From Takakia lepidozioides (taxonomy: Eukaryota > Plantae > Bryophyta): 64,000 nucleotides of DNA. Positions 11,301 through 22,231 of the stretch are shown piece after piece. Every line of letters starts with the position of its first letter. Position 1 is the first letter of the stretch. The notes below the pieces were generated by a model. That model worked only from the letters and a program-made list of their open reading frames with translations. It made no database searches and was not told the origin of the DNA. Location: contig CM060733.1 in NCBI GenBank assembly GCA_030704615.1, forward strand, positions 34,844,001-34,908,000, written 5' to 3'. Position numbers and translations under genes: made by a program.

Positions 11301-13481
11301 ATTGTTGACGAGTCTGAGAAAGATCTGCACTCCTTGGCAGAAGAGAAGAGAAAGGAAAGACGTGTCCCTGCTGGGCCAAAGTCGGCAAAAGAATCTGCTG
11401 CTCTGGAAGAATCCAGAAAGGCAGCTGAGATGGCACAAAAGACGGTGGATGCAGCTGTGCAGGCCCAACAGAAGGGGTCGAAGAAGAGGACTCGCCAGCA
11501 AGGAGCAGCTGTTGTGACACCCGCCAAAACGAAGAAGCAGAAACAGCCTGTTCAGGAAGAGGGTGAGGAAGAGGACTCCGATGGAGACTTTGCAACCAGC
11601 CCACCCCCCCAAACGCAGGCTGCCTCCCCTGTGCCCACCGTTGTCACGAGAGGCACGAGAACTGGCTCGGCAAAGAAGGCACTCTTCAACCCCCCAGGGG
11701 GGCACCCTTTCGAGCCAGTGGAAATGAAGAGGCCGAAAGTGGCTCCCGAAACAGTTGTCCAGTGTGTAAATGAGAGTTTCTTGGCGCTTTGGATGGACGG
11801 GCAGCCAAGTTGGCATACATAAAGACCATGGAGGGTCTGAAGGGCAGAGCACTGAAGAAGGCGACTGCCGAAGAGCCTTCCGACACCCAGGATTTCAGAA
11901 TATGGTCTCATTCTTTGAGAGGGTGTGTGCAGACAAGGATTGTAGGAGGGGCGGAAATGCCACCGAGTGGTCTTGCGATATGATCATCTTGGATATTCCG
12001 GACGGAGAGCCTGTGGAAGGACTACAAGCTTTGCCATCTTGGAACAGGTACTCGGAGGACTTTTGGAAGAAATGATTCGGGCTTGCCCGCATGGTGTTGG
12101 ACGACAGAGGCTGTGTGGTTGTCCTGGCGAGCAGAGGCAAAAACACGCAAACAGGAATTGCGAAGTGGACCCGCAAGAGCGTCGTCCCAATTCTGAAGAA
12201 GAAGTGGACGTGCATCAACACACTGGGCCTTCGGTCGGAAGGGAAGAAGGTGATTACGACACTGGCACTCGTCCATTTATTTGCTTGGATGTTTTCAAAT
12301 GCGGTGCCGCATTCGGTTTCTAATCGTTCCCCCCTGTGTATGCAGACAAAGCAGTTCGATGCATACTGCTTTGTGAAGGAGAACTCCACCTTTGCTTTCC
12401 GGAAGGAGGGAGGAAAGGTTGACCCGAACTGCGACCCCTCGATTACGACGTTCTGTTCAACAACGTTCCCAAGGAACTTCTCCCTCATAGCCTCACTTCA
12501 ACGGAACCCCTGCGGTACTCACGGACTCGGAGCCCTGCCTTCATTCAGACAATTATGGAGACATGCACAGACGTGGAGGGCACAGTGCTCGACCTCATCT
12601 GTGGGACAGGTATGCAGAATCTTGATCTATGCTGTTCTGCAAATTCTCGTTAGGATGAAGTTCGCAACATCTGAAGCGCCATGTGGTAATGTGTGGATGG
12701 CATTGTAACAGGTGCCTCAATGTGGGCTGGGCGGTTTTCCGACCGGCACCTCTTTGCCTACGAGGAGGATTCATCCGTGTGGGGATCCCATCTGGAAGGG
12801 CTGCAACGGAATGTTAAGGCTCCCGACAGAGCGGAAGTCTCCTCGGATTCGTCGGAGTCCGAGGAAGACACAGTGGACATTGATGCGGAGGAGAACCCGG
12901 AATACGAGTGAGTGCAAACATTGTAAGTTTGCAAAGCCTTCTGGGTCATTTTTGTCAAACGAATTTCCCGACTGTGGTTCTCATTAGTCTCGTTGATGAT
13001 TGTCATGTGCAGGATTGCAGGGTCCGGGTCGAAACATGTAGGGCCTACACTTCCTGCCAGGAAGAATGTCCCGTTCTTTGCGAGGGCCGACTTCATGACG
13101 AGCCCGGTGAGGGACTACTCCCTTCCTAGTTATGCAGCTAAACTCGCAAATACAGCGATTAGAAGAAGTGAGAATCCCAGTAAAGTAGAGCAGATTTTGG
13201 AGAGGGCTAGGGAGGACAGAAGGATAAGGAAAGAGTTGGCAGCAGCTCAGACAGGTAGACGGGTACGAAAGTACATATGTGATTCAGCGGATGAGAGCGA
13301 CGCAGACAGGGAGGAAGACGACCCAACGGAGGTGAGATGGACAGTTCCGCAAGGGGAAGATGGGATTTTCGAAAGCCTGGCCAACGAGCAGTCCGCTGGA
13401 GATGAGAAAGGCACTGAGGGGGTGGAGGCGGAGCAGGACAGTCTAGAACAGGATGAGGATTCGGATGATTTTCAAGATTAA
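8365..13481 (+). CDS. Multi-exon gene: low-complexity N-terminus, ParB/Srx-like domain, helical middle region, beta-class amino-(N6A/N4C) DNA methyltransferase-like domain, acidic tail; several frameshifts
   Basis: FFVWDGNHRLLAW (DGNHR at 9649-9663). CDMIILDIPDG (motif IV, DIPDG at 11992-12006). ARMVLDDRGCVVV (motifs V-VI). RSPAFIQTIMETCTDVEGTVLDLICGTG|ASMWAGRFSDRHLFAYEED (motifs X, I, II across intron 12610-12711). Phase-consistent GT-AG introns at 9801-9912, 10103-10201, 10487-10539, 10687-10769, 10988-11132, 12250-12345, 12610-12711 and 12908-13012. First intron (~8449-8573) is uncertain. Confidence 0.8.
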
Positions 13482-13615
13482 TAGAATTTTAATGAAGTCT
13501 CTGTAAATGTAAATTCTCTTCCAGAGTATATAAAGGAAATTTCCCCGACATTCGTGACCCCTCTCCAGTGTGCATTCCAGCCACACAATCGCCCAAACCG
13601 CGACGCTCCCAAAAT

Positions 13616-14320
13616 CAGAAATGGGGCACCACATTTCCAAAATTTTGGCAACTCTAAGAACCTCTTTTGGAAATGCGGCACCGCATTTCCAAAACAGGGG
13701 AGGGAATAAATTTTCCATTTCAATGTTGGCATAGTAAAAAGTAATCGGCCGATTGGAAATGCGGTGCCGCATTTCCAAAATTTCCTTTGTCCACACGCCA
13801 GTTTTGGCCTCTCCCGCTCATTGCATGGATGCCACCACGCTTACAGAGGTCGAACAAGGAGGTCGAACAAGGAGGTCGAGATGGCGGAATTGGAAATGCG
13901 GTGCCGCATTTCCATATTGGGGATGGTCGTTGTTCGAACTGCAGGCCCATCAGCAAAAATTGGCACCACATTCCATTGTAAAAAAAAAGTCGATGACGGA
14001 CATGGAAATGCGGCGCCGCATTTCCAGAACGGACATCGCAATTTGTCCATTTGCAGACCCTCTCACGGAAATGCGGTAACGCATTCCATCGCGCTGGTCG
14101 GAAATGTCACACTTTTGGAAGTGTTGGACGGAAATGCGGCACCGCATTCCCTTGTCCAAAAAGAAGTTTCCATTGCCAAGCTGGAAATGCGTCGCCGCAT
14201 TTGCAATGCCAACCTCGTTGTCTGTCCAATTTATAGACCCGTGTTGGTATTTCGTGTACCTGGACGGAAATGATGCACCGCATTTCCTTGTCCCACATGG
14301 AAATGCGGTGCCGCATTTCG
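13616..14320. repeat. Second, less regular cluster of ~11 copies of the same palindrome
   Basis: Copies near 13618, 13669, 13755, 13892, 13956, 14004, 14067, 14130, 14183, 14266 and 14299. Confidence 0.9.
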
Positions 14321-14575
14321 ATGCCGACATGGCGTTACTCTGGTATATTCTTGACACATGACTCACATACCGGTTACTCTGCTATATTCATCCGGACAGA
14401 CACATTGTAGAAATGAGACATCAAATTGTAAACAGTGGGCCAATTCCGACAGTTATTCAACACAATGAAACACAATCATACAGAAGTGAGGTACGATGGG
14501 TTTATTGATCGGACACGATGTCTCACATTTACCAACTGCAGACAAAACTAAGCCCTTCCTCCTTCTACATGGGCT

Positions 14576-15151
14576 TCACCAAGTCGACGGAACTTCGATA
14601 CCCCTCAAAACAAGCTCATCACTGCTGCGGCACCTCGAGGTAAACTGCAATTCGGTCGTTCTGCTGCCCTTGCTGGAGCCGACGACAATGTCATGTCCAT
14701 CAATGATACCACCATCATACATTGACAAGGTCACTGTGGGCCTCATGTGCCCGTGCGATTCGTCTTCGCAACTCAGCCGAATGTCTCCATACACTGGAAG
14801 AGCGGAGTGATCTGCACGTATATAGTTTTCCCCGGTGCCGTCCTCCCTGGTCCACTGGCAGCAGTTCCAGCGCCAAAGCGAGGCCGTGCGTGATCTGTCC
14901 GGCATCCCTTTCCAGCTTGGTATATCGAGGTCAACAATTTTCAGGACCCACGGACCGCATTGACCCTCGCCCTCACCTCGCTCAAAGCGGTAATAGCCCT
15001 CCAGATACTCCATTGCGCGCAAAGACTCTTGTTTGATTCCAACAGCGTCTGTGAAAACAGAGAGCCAGACAATGATGTCTCCTGATTCTGGTTTGAACAT
15101 AGCATAATCGTGGCCATGATACCGATAGCCACTGGACACGACGAAGTCCAT
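14576..15151 (-). CDS. Unknown ~190-aa transposon accessory protein A, paralog of 15408-15971
   Basis: Open ATG ORF. Shares DYAM..SGDI, FERG, WNCC.WT, YGDIR, DGG.I.G.DIVV and ELVLR..EVP with protein B. Confidence 0.75.
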   Translation of the reverse strand: MDFVVSSGYRYHGHDYAMFKPESGDIIVWLSVFTDAVGIKQESLRAMEYLEGYYRFERGEGEGQCGPWVLKIVDLDIPSWKGMPDRSRTASLWRWNCCQWTREDGTGENYIRADHSALPVYGDIRLSCEDESHGHMRPTVTLSMYDGGIIDGHDIVVGSSKGSRTTELQFTSRCRSSDELVLRGIEVPSTW

Positions 15152-15407
15152 CCCCTCTTCGATGTAAATGCGGCGCCGAATGGGGGGATGGACTTCGGTG
15201 GCAGATCTCAAACTATAACTTCTTGATGAGAAAGATGTATGGGTTCATCCAGCTCCGTCGGTGGGTACGTGGGACCCAGATGCTCCATTATTGGAGGCCG
15301 GACTGCTCTTCCGCTTCGCATCATTTCCAAAATCTAAGGGCTTCGTAGCTGTCCGCAAGGTCATTGTCATCTGCATCCAAGTCGTCCTCAGGTCCTCCTT
15401 TGCAAGG

Positions 15408-15971
15408 ATGCCGTGCTTCCGGAACCGGGACGACTGCCCATTTGGAGGCATCGATTATGCAATGTATTCGGCCACATCGGGAGACATTGTTATCTGGTAC
15501 ACAGATTACACAGAAGATACTGGTTCGATTGTGGAAACATTGGTGGCTTTTGAGTATATCGTAGGCCACTACGCCTTCGAGCGGGGTGACGATCTTGGTC
15601 TGAGGAGTCCGTGGCTCCTGTGCATCCTCGATTTCGATTTTCCCAGCTACGACGGTCACCCATGCAGAAGAAGGCGCACTGCTATGCTGTTGCGGTGGAA
15701 CTGCTGCCACTGGACGTGGGTGGACTCCATTGGAGAGACCTATTCTCCTGAAGGAGTGCGCTCCTCTTCTCCATTGTATGGGGACATTCGCATTGGTGTG
15801 GACGACGAAAACGTGAAGATTTCCATATTTGATGGTGGTATGATTGAAGGGCAGGACATTGTGGTGAACATCACTAGGGGCGGTACAACGGCTGCAATCA
15901 ACTTTACATGGAGGAGCCCCATGACTCATGAGCTAGTTCTGAGAGCAGTCGAAGTCCCATTGACAACGTGA
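15408..15971 (+). CDS. Unknown ~187-aa transposon accessory protein B, paralog of 14576-15151
   Basis: Open ATG ORF with collinear protein similarity to A over its full length. Confidence 0.75.
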   Translation: MPCFRNRDDCPFGGIDYAMYSATSGDIVIWYTDYTEDTGSIVETLVAFEYIVGHYAFERGDDLGLRSPWLLCILDFDFPSYDGHPCRRRRTAMLLRWNCCHWTWVDSIGETYSPEGVRSSSPLYGDIRIGVDDENVKISIFDGGMIEGQDIVVNITRGGTTAAINFTWRSPMTHELVLRAVEVPLTT

Positions 15972-16378
15972 CTTGTATTCAGTAGGCACAGGGCTAAAGA
16001 TTTGATGGCACAATCAGCACAGTAGACGTGCTTCAAATGCAATTCATGTGGATCAATAAAAACCTCATTGTGCCCTCTTTTTATTCTATTCTGTGTCCAT
16101 CGTTCCGAGAATGCGTCATTGCTCATTTCGTTTGGGATTGGGAGTGTGGGTGGATTTTGCAAGTGGCTGGTAGGCTGAAATGGGCCCCCATTGTACAGAG
16201 CAGTACCACCCTACCATTCGCGAAACATTGCCTTTCAATATATAATTCTAAATAACATTGCCGAACCTCCTTCATCGGGAGGTCCTTCTCCCCCTATGAC
16301 CGTGGCACCCTAAACCCTATTCCCGCGGACACTCATTTCCGGAAAATAGTGCTGCTCATGTTTTTTTCCACACTTACG

Positions 16379-16435
16379 ACTCTGCTCATGGCTCATGCCG
16401 CTCATGGCTCATGGCTCATGAAATAGCAGCCCCCT
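16379..16435 (-). repeat. Right terminal inverted repeat with GCTCATG heptamers
   Basis: GCTCATG repeats followed by GCTCATGAAATAGCAGCCCCCT, the inverse of the left end. Confidence 0.85.
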
Positions 16436-16916
16436 CTCAGTGGGAACTATGGATTGGAATGATTACTAACAGAGTGGTGTGTAAGTGATTAGGAATACCA
16501 TTGGATGAATTCATACCACTAATACAGTAAAATATAGGTGATTACTTATACCACTACAAGAGTGGTAATGGAGGCAATTGTGTGTATTTAGCTACTCTTA
16601 CAGTTTTAAATTATACCACAATTACAGTGGCGTGCAAGTGATTATGAACATGACTAGAGGAACACATACCACTATTGTGGTGAAAGAAGTACCATTGGGG
16701 ATTGAAGCTCCACAAAATAAAATAGAATCCCAGAGAGTAAGTGCTGGAACACTGTCAACAAAATCCAGCCATGATAAAAGTCTGAGCCTAACTTCTATAC
16801 GGCGTCTCCGCATGCATGCTAGGAACACTGAACTGCTTTCCTGCCTTCTTCTCATTGCCAGCAATGTCTACGCCCGGACGAACGAATTTGTAAGCCCTCT
16901 TCATGTTCATCTCTAG

Positions 16917-17215
16917 CCAGGGCTGCCAGGCTCACATTTGATGTAGATGTACACCAGGGGAATGTTCAGAATGACATCTGGTACAGTTCCAGCTTTGATA
17001 ATGTCACCATGAAGCTCTTTGCCCCTTCCCAGGGCTGCTAGGCTCCCATATGTATATTACAAACACAAATAAACATGACCTGGTCTTGCTTCATCCCATC
17101 CCACATCATTTGCTCCTAGGTTTACAAAGCATTAATCCCATACCCATATTGCACATACCTTGCAATCATGGCACTCCAAAACACCACATCTCGTTCAGCC
17201 ACCTCTCTTGATCCT
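16917..17215 (-). pseudogene. PLS-class PPR gene fragments inside the CACTA-like element
   Basis: AERDVVFWSAMIARYVQYGYG and ALGRGKELHGDIIKAGTVPDVILN, similar to 49870-50950. Confidence 0.7.
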
Positions 17216-18776
17216 CTTTCAGAAGTTGTGGTCATGGTTGAGGTGTCTGATTTTATCAACTGTGCCGCTGCAGCTGCTACCTTTAGTTGACCATCTACCC
17301 ATGCAACAGGTTTCTTGTAGCTATTGATCCACATGGAATCATAGGTAATCTGGAGCTTGAAGTTCGGCCATCTTGGATGAATCTGCACCCAGACTCTATC
17401 CCTGCTCCTTCAGCTATCCATGCCGCTACACAAATCATGCATACATCATTGTCTTGCTGCTAGCACCTAACAATGACAGCCTAGATTTGTTCTAGGAAAC
17501 ACCCAACTCAACTTATCACGATGGTCAATTGCATCTGCTACTCTCTGTAATCCAACAGGCATTCACCTTTTTGCCTCGATTGTCCCACCATTGACTAGGG
17601 TCAGAAAAATATTCATTCCACAGCTTCTCCTCGTCTCAGCTGTTACCTGTTTCTGGATACTTCCCTGTTGTCACATTGGGCAGTACCGTATCAAAGTCAC
17701 TCCAAACTATCAAAGGTTCACTCAACCAGCTAACTTGCAGAATTCAACATGAAAATTTAGGGCCAATTCTGATAAGAGGAAAAACAGGGTGAAAATGTGT
17801 TGAAGAAGGTGCCTTCATGAGCAGTGCCTAATTTTATCAATTGTGCCGCTGCTACTGCGGCTTCCAGTTGACCATCTACCCATGCAAGTTTCTTGCAGCT
17901 ATCGATCCACAGGGAATTATAGGTAATCGTGAGCTTGAAGTCCCGCCCTCTTGGATGAATCTGGACCGGCTAGACTCTACCCCTGCTCCCTCAGCTATCC
18001 AAGCTCTGCACAAATCATGCATACATCCTTCCCTTGCTACTAGCGGCTGACAATGACAGCCTACAATTGTTCTAGCAAACACCCAACCCTACTTATCACC
18101 CATGCAAAATTCAACATGCATCTCAGGGCCAAGTCTGATCATGAGAGGGCAAAACAGGCTAAAATGTGCCCTCACCACATTGTCCTTCACCCATGGAGAA
18201 TTTGACCGACCATCAACCCAAAATGACCTCTTGTGTGTGTTGTTTGTTTGTAGTCAGATAATGTCGGATTGGTCTGTGAGAACCACCACGGTGCAGCTGA
18301 GTAGGCAGAGATTGAAACACGGCCTGCTAAGCCCTGCAAGCTGACTCTCCCAAGAACCTTGTAAAACATTAGGAAGAATACCAAATCATGGTATTCACAG
18401 GAGTCAAGAGCCCACCTTTGCAGGATGGACGAACTTCTTAACATCGTACATTAAGAAAAGCCACACCTGGTGATTGCGGTTGTCCCACCATCGTAAAGGA
18501 TCGGTATAAAACTCATGCAACCTCACATGACGAACGAGCTAACTTGCAGAATTCTACATGAAAATTTAGGGACTACTTTGGTAACAGGGAAAAACAGGGT
18601 GAAATGTATTAAAGAAGGTACCTTTATGCCGCACACTCAGCCATCTTCACATTGCCATGGATTCTGCAGGCACCAAGCAAGGCCTTCATTTTGCAAACAT
18701 GTCGACCTCTTTCCCCTTTTCCAGAGCTGGCAGGCAGTGTTCAGAATGACATTATGTACAATTCCAGCTTTGAAGG

Positions 18777-19300
18777 CACGGCCTGCTAAGACCAAGCTGA
18801 CTCTCTCTCTTGCACCAACGAGCTATCTTACAGATTTCAATATACATATCAGGCCCGAGTCTGATAAGAGGGCAAAACAAGCTGAAATAGATTGAAGAAG
18901 AAGGTGCCCTCACGGCCTGCTAAGACCAAGTTGACTCTCTCTCTAGCACCAACGAGCTAACTTACAGAATTCAATATGCATATCAGGCTCGAGTTTGATA
19001 AGAGGGCAAAACATGCTGAAATAGGTTGAAGAAGAAGGTGCCCTCACGGCCTGCTAAGACCAACCTGACTCTCTCTCTTGCACTGACGAGCTAACTTAAC
19101 ATAATTCAATATGCATATCAGGCCTGAGTCTGATAAGAGGGCAAAACAGGCTTAAATAGGTTGAAGAAGAAGGTGCCCTCACGGCCTGCTAAGACCAAGC
19201 TAACTCTCTCTCTTGCACCAACGAGCTAACTTACAAAATTCAATATGCATATCAGGCCCGAGTCTGATAAGAGGGCAAAACAGGCTGAAATAGGTTGAAT
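18777..19300. repeat. Tandem repeat, ~134-bp unit, ~4 copies
   Basis: CACGGCCTGCTAAGACCAA at 18777, 18911, 19045 and 19180. Confidence 0.9.
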
Positions 19301-19830
19301 CAGGAAATGAATCAGCGGGCTGATAAGACCAAGCTGATTCTCCCAAGAACCTTGTAAACATCAGGAAGAAGACCATACTAACAGAAGCCAAAAGCCCACA
19401 TTTGCAGGATGGACAAACTTCTTCACATCCTACATTAAGGAAAAGCCACACCTTATTGCAATTGTCCCACCATCGGCAAGGATCGGTAAAAAACTCATGC
19501 AAGCTCTGAAATAGGTCGAAGAAGAAGGTGCCCTCACCACATTGTCCTCGACCTTGTGTCATGACCCATGGAGGATTTGACTCCCCATGAACCCAAACGG
19601 ACCTCTTGTGTGTGCTGCTTGTGTCTGTAGTCTGGTAATGGCGGATTGGTCCATGAGAACCACCACGGTGCAGCTGAGCGAGCAGAGATTGAAACACGAC
19701 CTTGAAACACAATCTGCTAAGACCAGCCTGACTTTCCCAAAAACCTTGTAAACATCAGGAAGAATATGAAATCATGGTACGTCTAACAGGAGCCAAGAAC
19801 CCGCATTTGCAGGATGGACAAACTTCTTCA

Positions 19831-20200
19831 CATCGTACATTGAGAAAAAGCCACACCTTGCGATCGCGATTGTCCCACCATCGTGCACGCCTTCATGCCC
19901 CGATTATAGGGCTTGAGTCCCTGTCTGCCCCCTATCCCACCAGCTCTACTCGTCATCGTACATTGAGAAAAAGCAACACCTTGCGATCGCGGTTGTCCCA
20001 CCATCGTGCATGCCTTCATGCCCCGATTCTAGGGCTTGAGTCCCTGTCTGCCCCCTATCCCACCAGCTCCGCTCGTCATTGTACATTGAGAAAAGCCACA
20101 CCTTGCGATTGCGATTGTCCCACCATCATGCACGCCTTCATGCCCCGATTCTAGGTCTTGAGTCCTTGTCTGCCCCTATCCCACCAGCTCCGCTCGTCGT
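19831..20200. repeat. Tandem repeat, ~123-bp unit, 3 copies (also at ~61620-61915)
   Basis: CATYGTACATTGAGAAAA recurs at 19831, 19954 and 20077. Confidence 0.9.
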
Positions 20201-20940
20201 CTCTCATGATCAGACTTGACATTATAAGAAAACAAATCGACACAAAGAAAACAAACAAATGCCACAGTGGCAGGGAAAACAAAAAAAACGCTAAGTCCCC
20301 TCTAGTCATGACTGGATGGATGAATGTAGCGATACATGGATGGATTTTGGGTTTTCCATCAACACACAAACCACTAAAGTTTTTCAAGTATCACCACAGA
20401 AGTAATACCAATCGTGTGTATGTAATCACTCATGCGTAACCACTGACCGAATGGTTCCAGTTACTAAATGGTCTATAACCACTCACTCTACACCACTCTC
20501 AAAGTGGTACCAATCAATGGGGGTCTCTAACCACTCCAGATCTACGTATATTGTCCCCATCCACGTGGAATAATATATTTTGAAATGATAAAAATCTAAA
20601 AAAAAAGAATTATTACACGTGGAGTAGAAAATGAACCACTTCCCATCACTGAGGTATCTTTAACCACTCATAATTTATCACTGTACCCGTCCATGTCGGA
20701 CATTATCATTATTAATATAAATATTTGATCAAATGTCAAATAATAAATATAAAATTAAATATTACACGTGGATTACTTAGTGGTTGAAACCACTTCCAAC
20801 CACTCCATATGATGCCACCGTGGCATTTCATCGGAATTAACCACTGGCCAGTGGTTACCATTACTTGGAGTGATTTATAGAGTGGTAACAGACAAGAGTG
20901 GTTAAGGGGGCCAGTGGTTATTCCGCGTTTTTCTTCTAGT

Positions 20941-21325
20941 TTTGCCTCACAGGGGATTGAGTGGTAGCACCCCCAAAAAAATTCCGAATGAGAGCTATGA
21001 TCTCATTCACCATCGTGGTACCTAGATCCCAGACCGCTGCAGAAAACCAACAAGAGGCTAGAAGCACTTGGTTTGCCACCAGTGCTCCACCAACGATTGA
21101 TAGCATAGATGAGCTCTAGTGGGCGAGAGATCTTTTCAACCTAAAGACTACACTCTTCATTCTGCTCCCCTGGGACAGATTTATGCCAATCTTGTGACCT
21201 AGCAGCGTATGAGATTCCCCCTCACGAAGCCATTGAAGACCAATGTCTTGTGTCGAACGGCTTTTACTCATCCATCCCTTCGCTATCCGAGGTGGAAACT
21301 CCAAGATAGAAGAGTTGGATATCTC
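20941..21325 (-). pseudogene. L1 LINE fragment, C-terminal part of RT
   Basis: GLQWLREGESHTLLGHKIG...LSIVGGALVANQVLLASCWF resembles the L1 YLG...LSxxGRxxLxNxVL segment. Confidence 0.7.
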
Positions 21326-22231
21326 TAAGCACTCAGCCCGCTCAGTACTATCAGTCCTGACGTGCAGCTAGTGAATCATGGTTGTGCTTCCCATTTGTAT
21401 TCCTTCTTGTCTTCATGTTATCAATTTACCTTATCTGATACTGAAGCATTAGATTGCTTCAGTATCTACTTAGTTCCAGTTAATCATGCATTCATTTCAC
21501 AGCTTCACTCATGTCTCTCTACACAGTGTGATTGTATCGAATAAGTATCAGATTATGATTTATCAGGTATCAGGCCAATGCCATGGTGACTCTAATCCGC
21601 CCTACAGTATCACTACAGCTCTACATGTAATAAGCATCTACTGTTCATCTTTCCTCCTTCTCTGTGCTCTCGTTCTTGCTCTCCGCCTGATCTCCTCTTC
21701 CCATGATCCAGAAGCGCTCCCCGTGAAGTGATCATCTTTCCATTGCCGCTCTCCTTATCTGCCCGCAAGCTGTTCTAACCACCTAACTAACTAACTGTCA
21801 TCCCTGAAGTAACACGTTCCCTCTGCAGATGTCGTTCCCTCACAGTCGTTCCTTGTCAATGATAACTGTTCCCCATGTACTGTGACAGGCTGTGTCAAGC
21901 TGTGCCGAGCTGTGACTGGCTGTGTAAGGCTGTGTCGGGCTGTGTCGGGTTGTGACTGGCTGTGTAAAGCTGTGTCTGGCTGTGTGAAGCTGTGTCGGGC
22001 TGTGTCGGGCTGTATACCCCCCTTAAAGCCTGCTGCTGCCACCCCTAAGGCTCCTATTGGTCTCAGTCTGCGCAAAAATTAAGGGTACCCCACAGAACCC
22101 GTAAAAGCGTCTAAGTCCCAAGCAGCCCTCTAACATTTATCCCTCCCTCTCTCAAAAAGCCGTGTCCTCACGGTTTACTGTTTGGGATTAGGAAACCTTT
22201 GTGAGCGAGCACCCTTCTGACGGTGAGAGTC

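Larger units (their letters stand above)
1369..16435. mobile_element. Full-length Mutator-superfamily (MULE) DNA transposon carrying ParB-methyltransferase cargo and palindrome arrays
   Basis: Inverted termini (CTATTTCATGAGC core plus CATGAGC heptamers). Flanking direct repeat CTCTCAGTGGGA at 1358-1369 and 16434-16445. Related empty site at 54616-54640. MULE transposase inside. End positions are uncertain by a few bp. Confidence 0.9.
1304..20940. mobile_element. Non-autonomous CACTA-like element interrupted by the Mutator-like element; left terminus not seen
   Basis: 1304-1369 plus 16434-16916 match 54573-55108. 19830-20940 matches 61620-62953, which ends in TTTTTCTTCTAGTG (reverse CACTA). 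AACCACT subterminal repeats are present. Confidence 0.7.

Noticed and set aside
8365-13481. Bacterial or phage contamination as the source of the ParB-MTase
   Set aside because: The gene has phase-consistent spliceosomal introns and lies within a TSD-flanked element nested in plant repeats.
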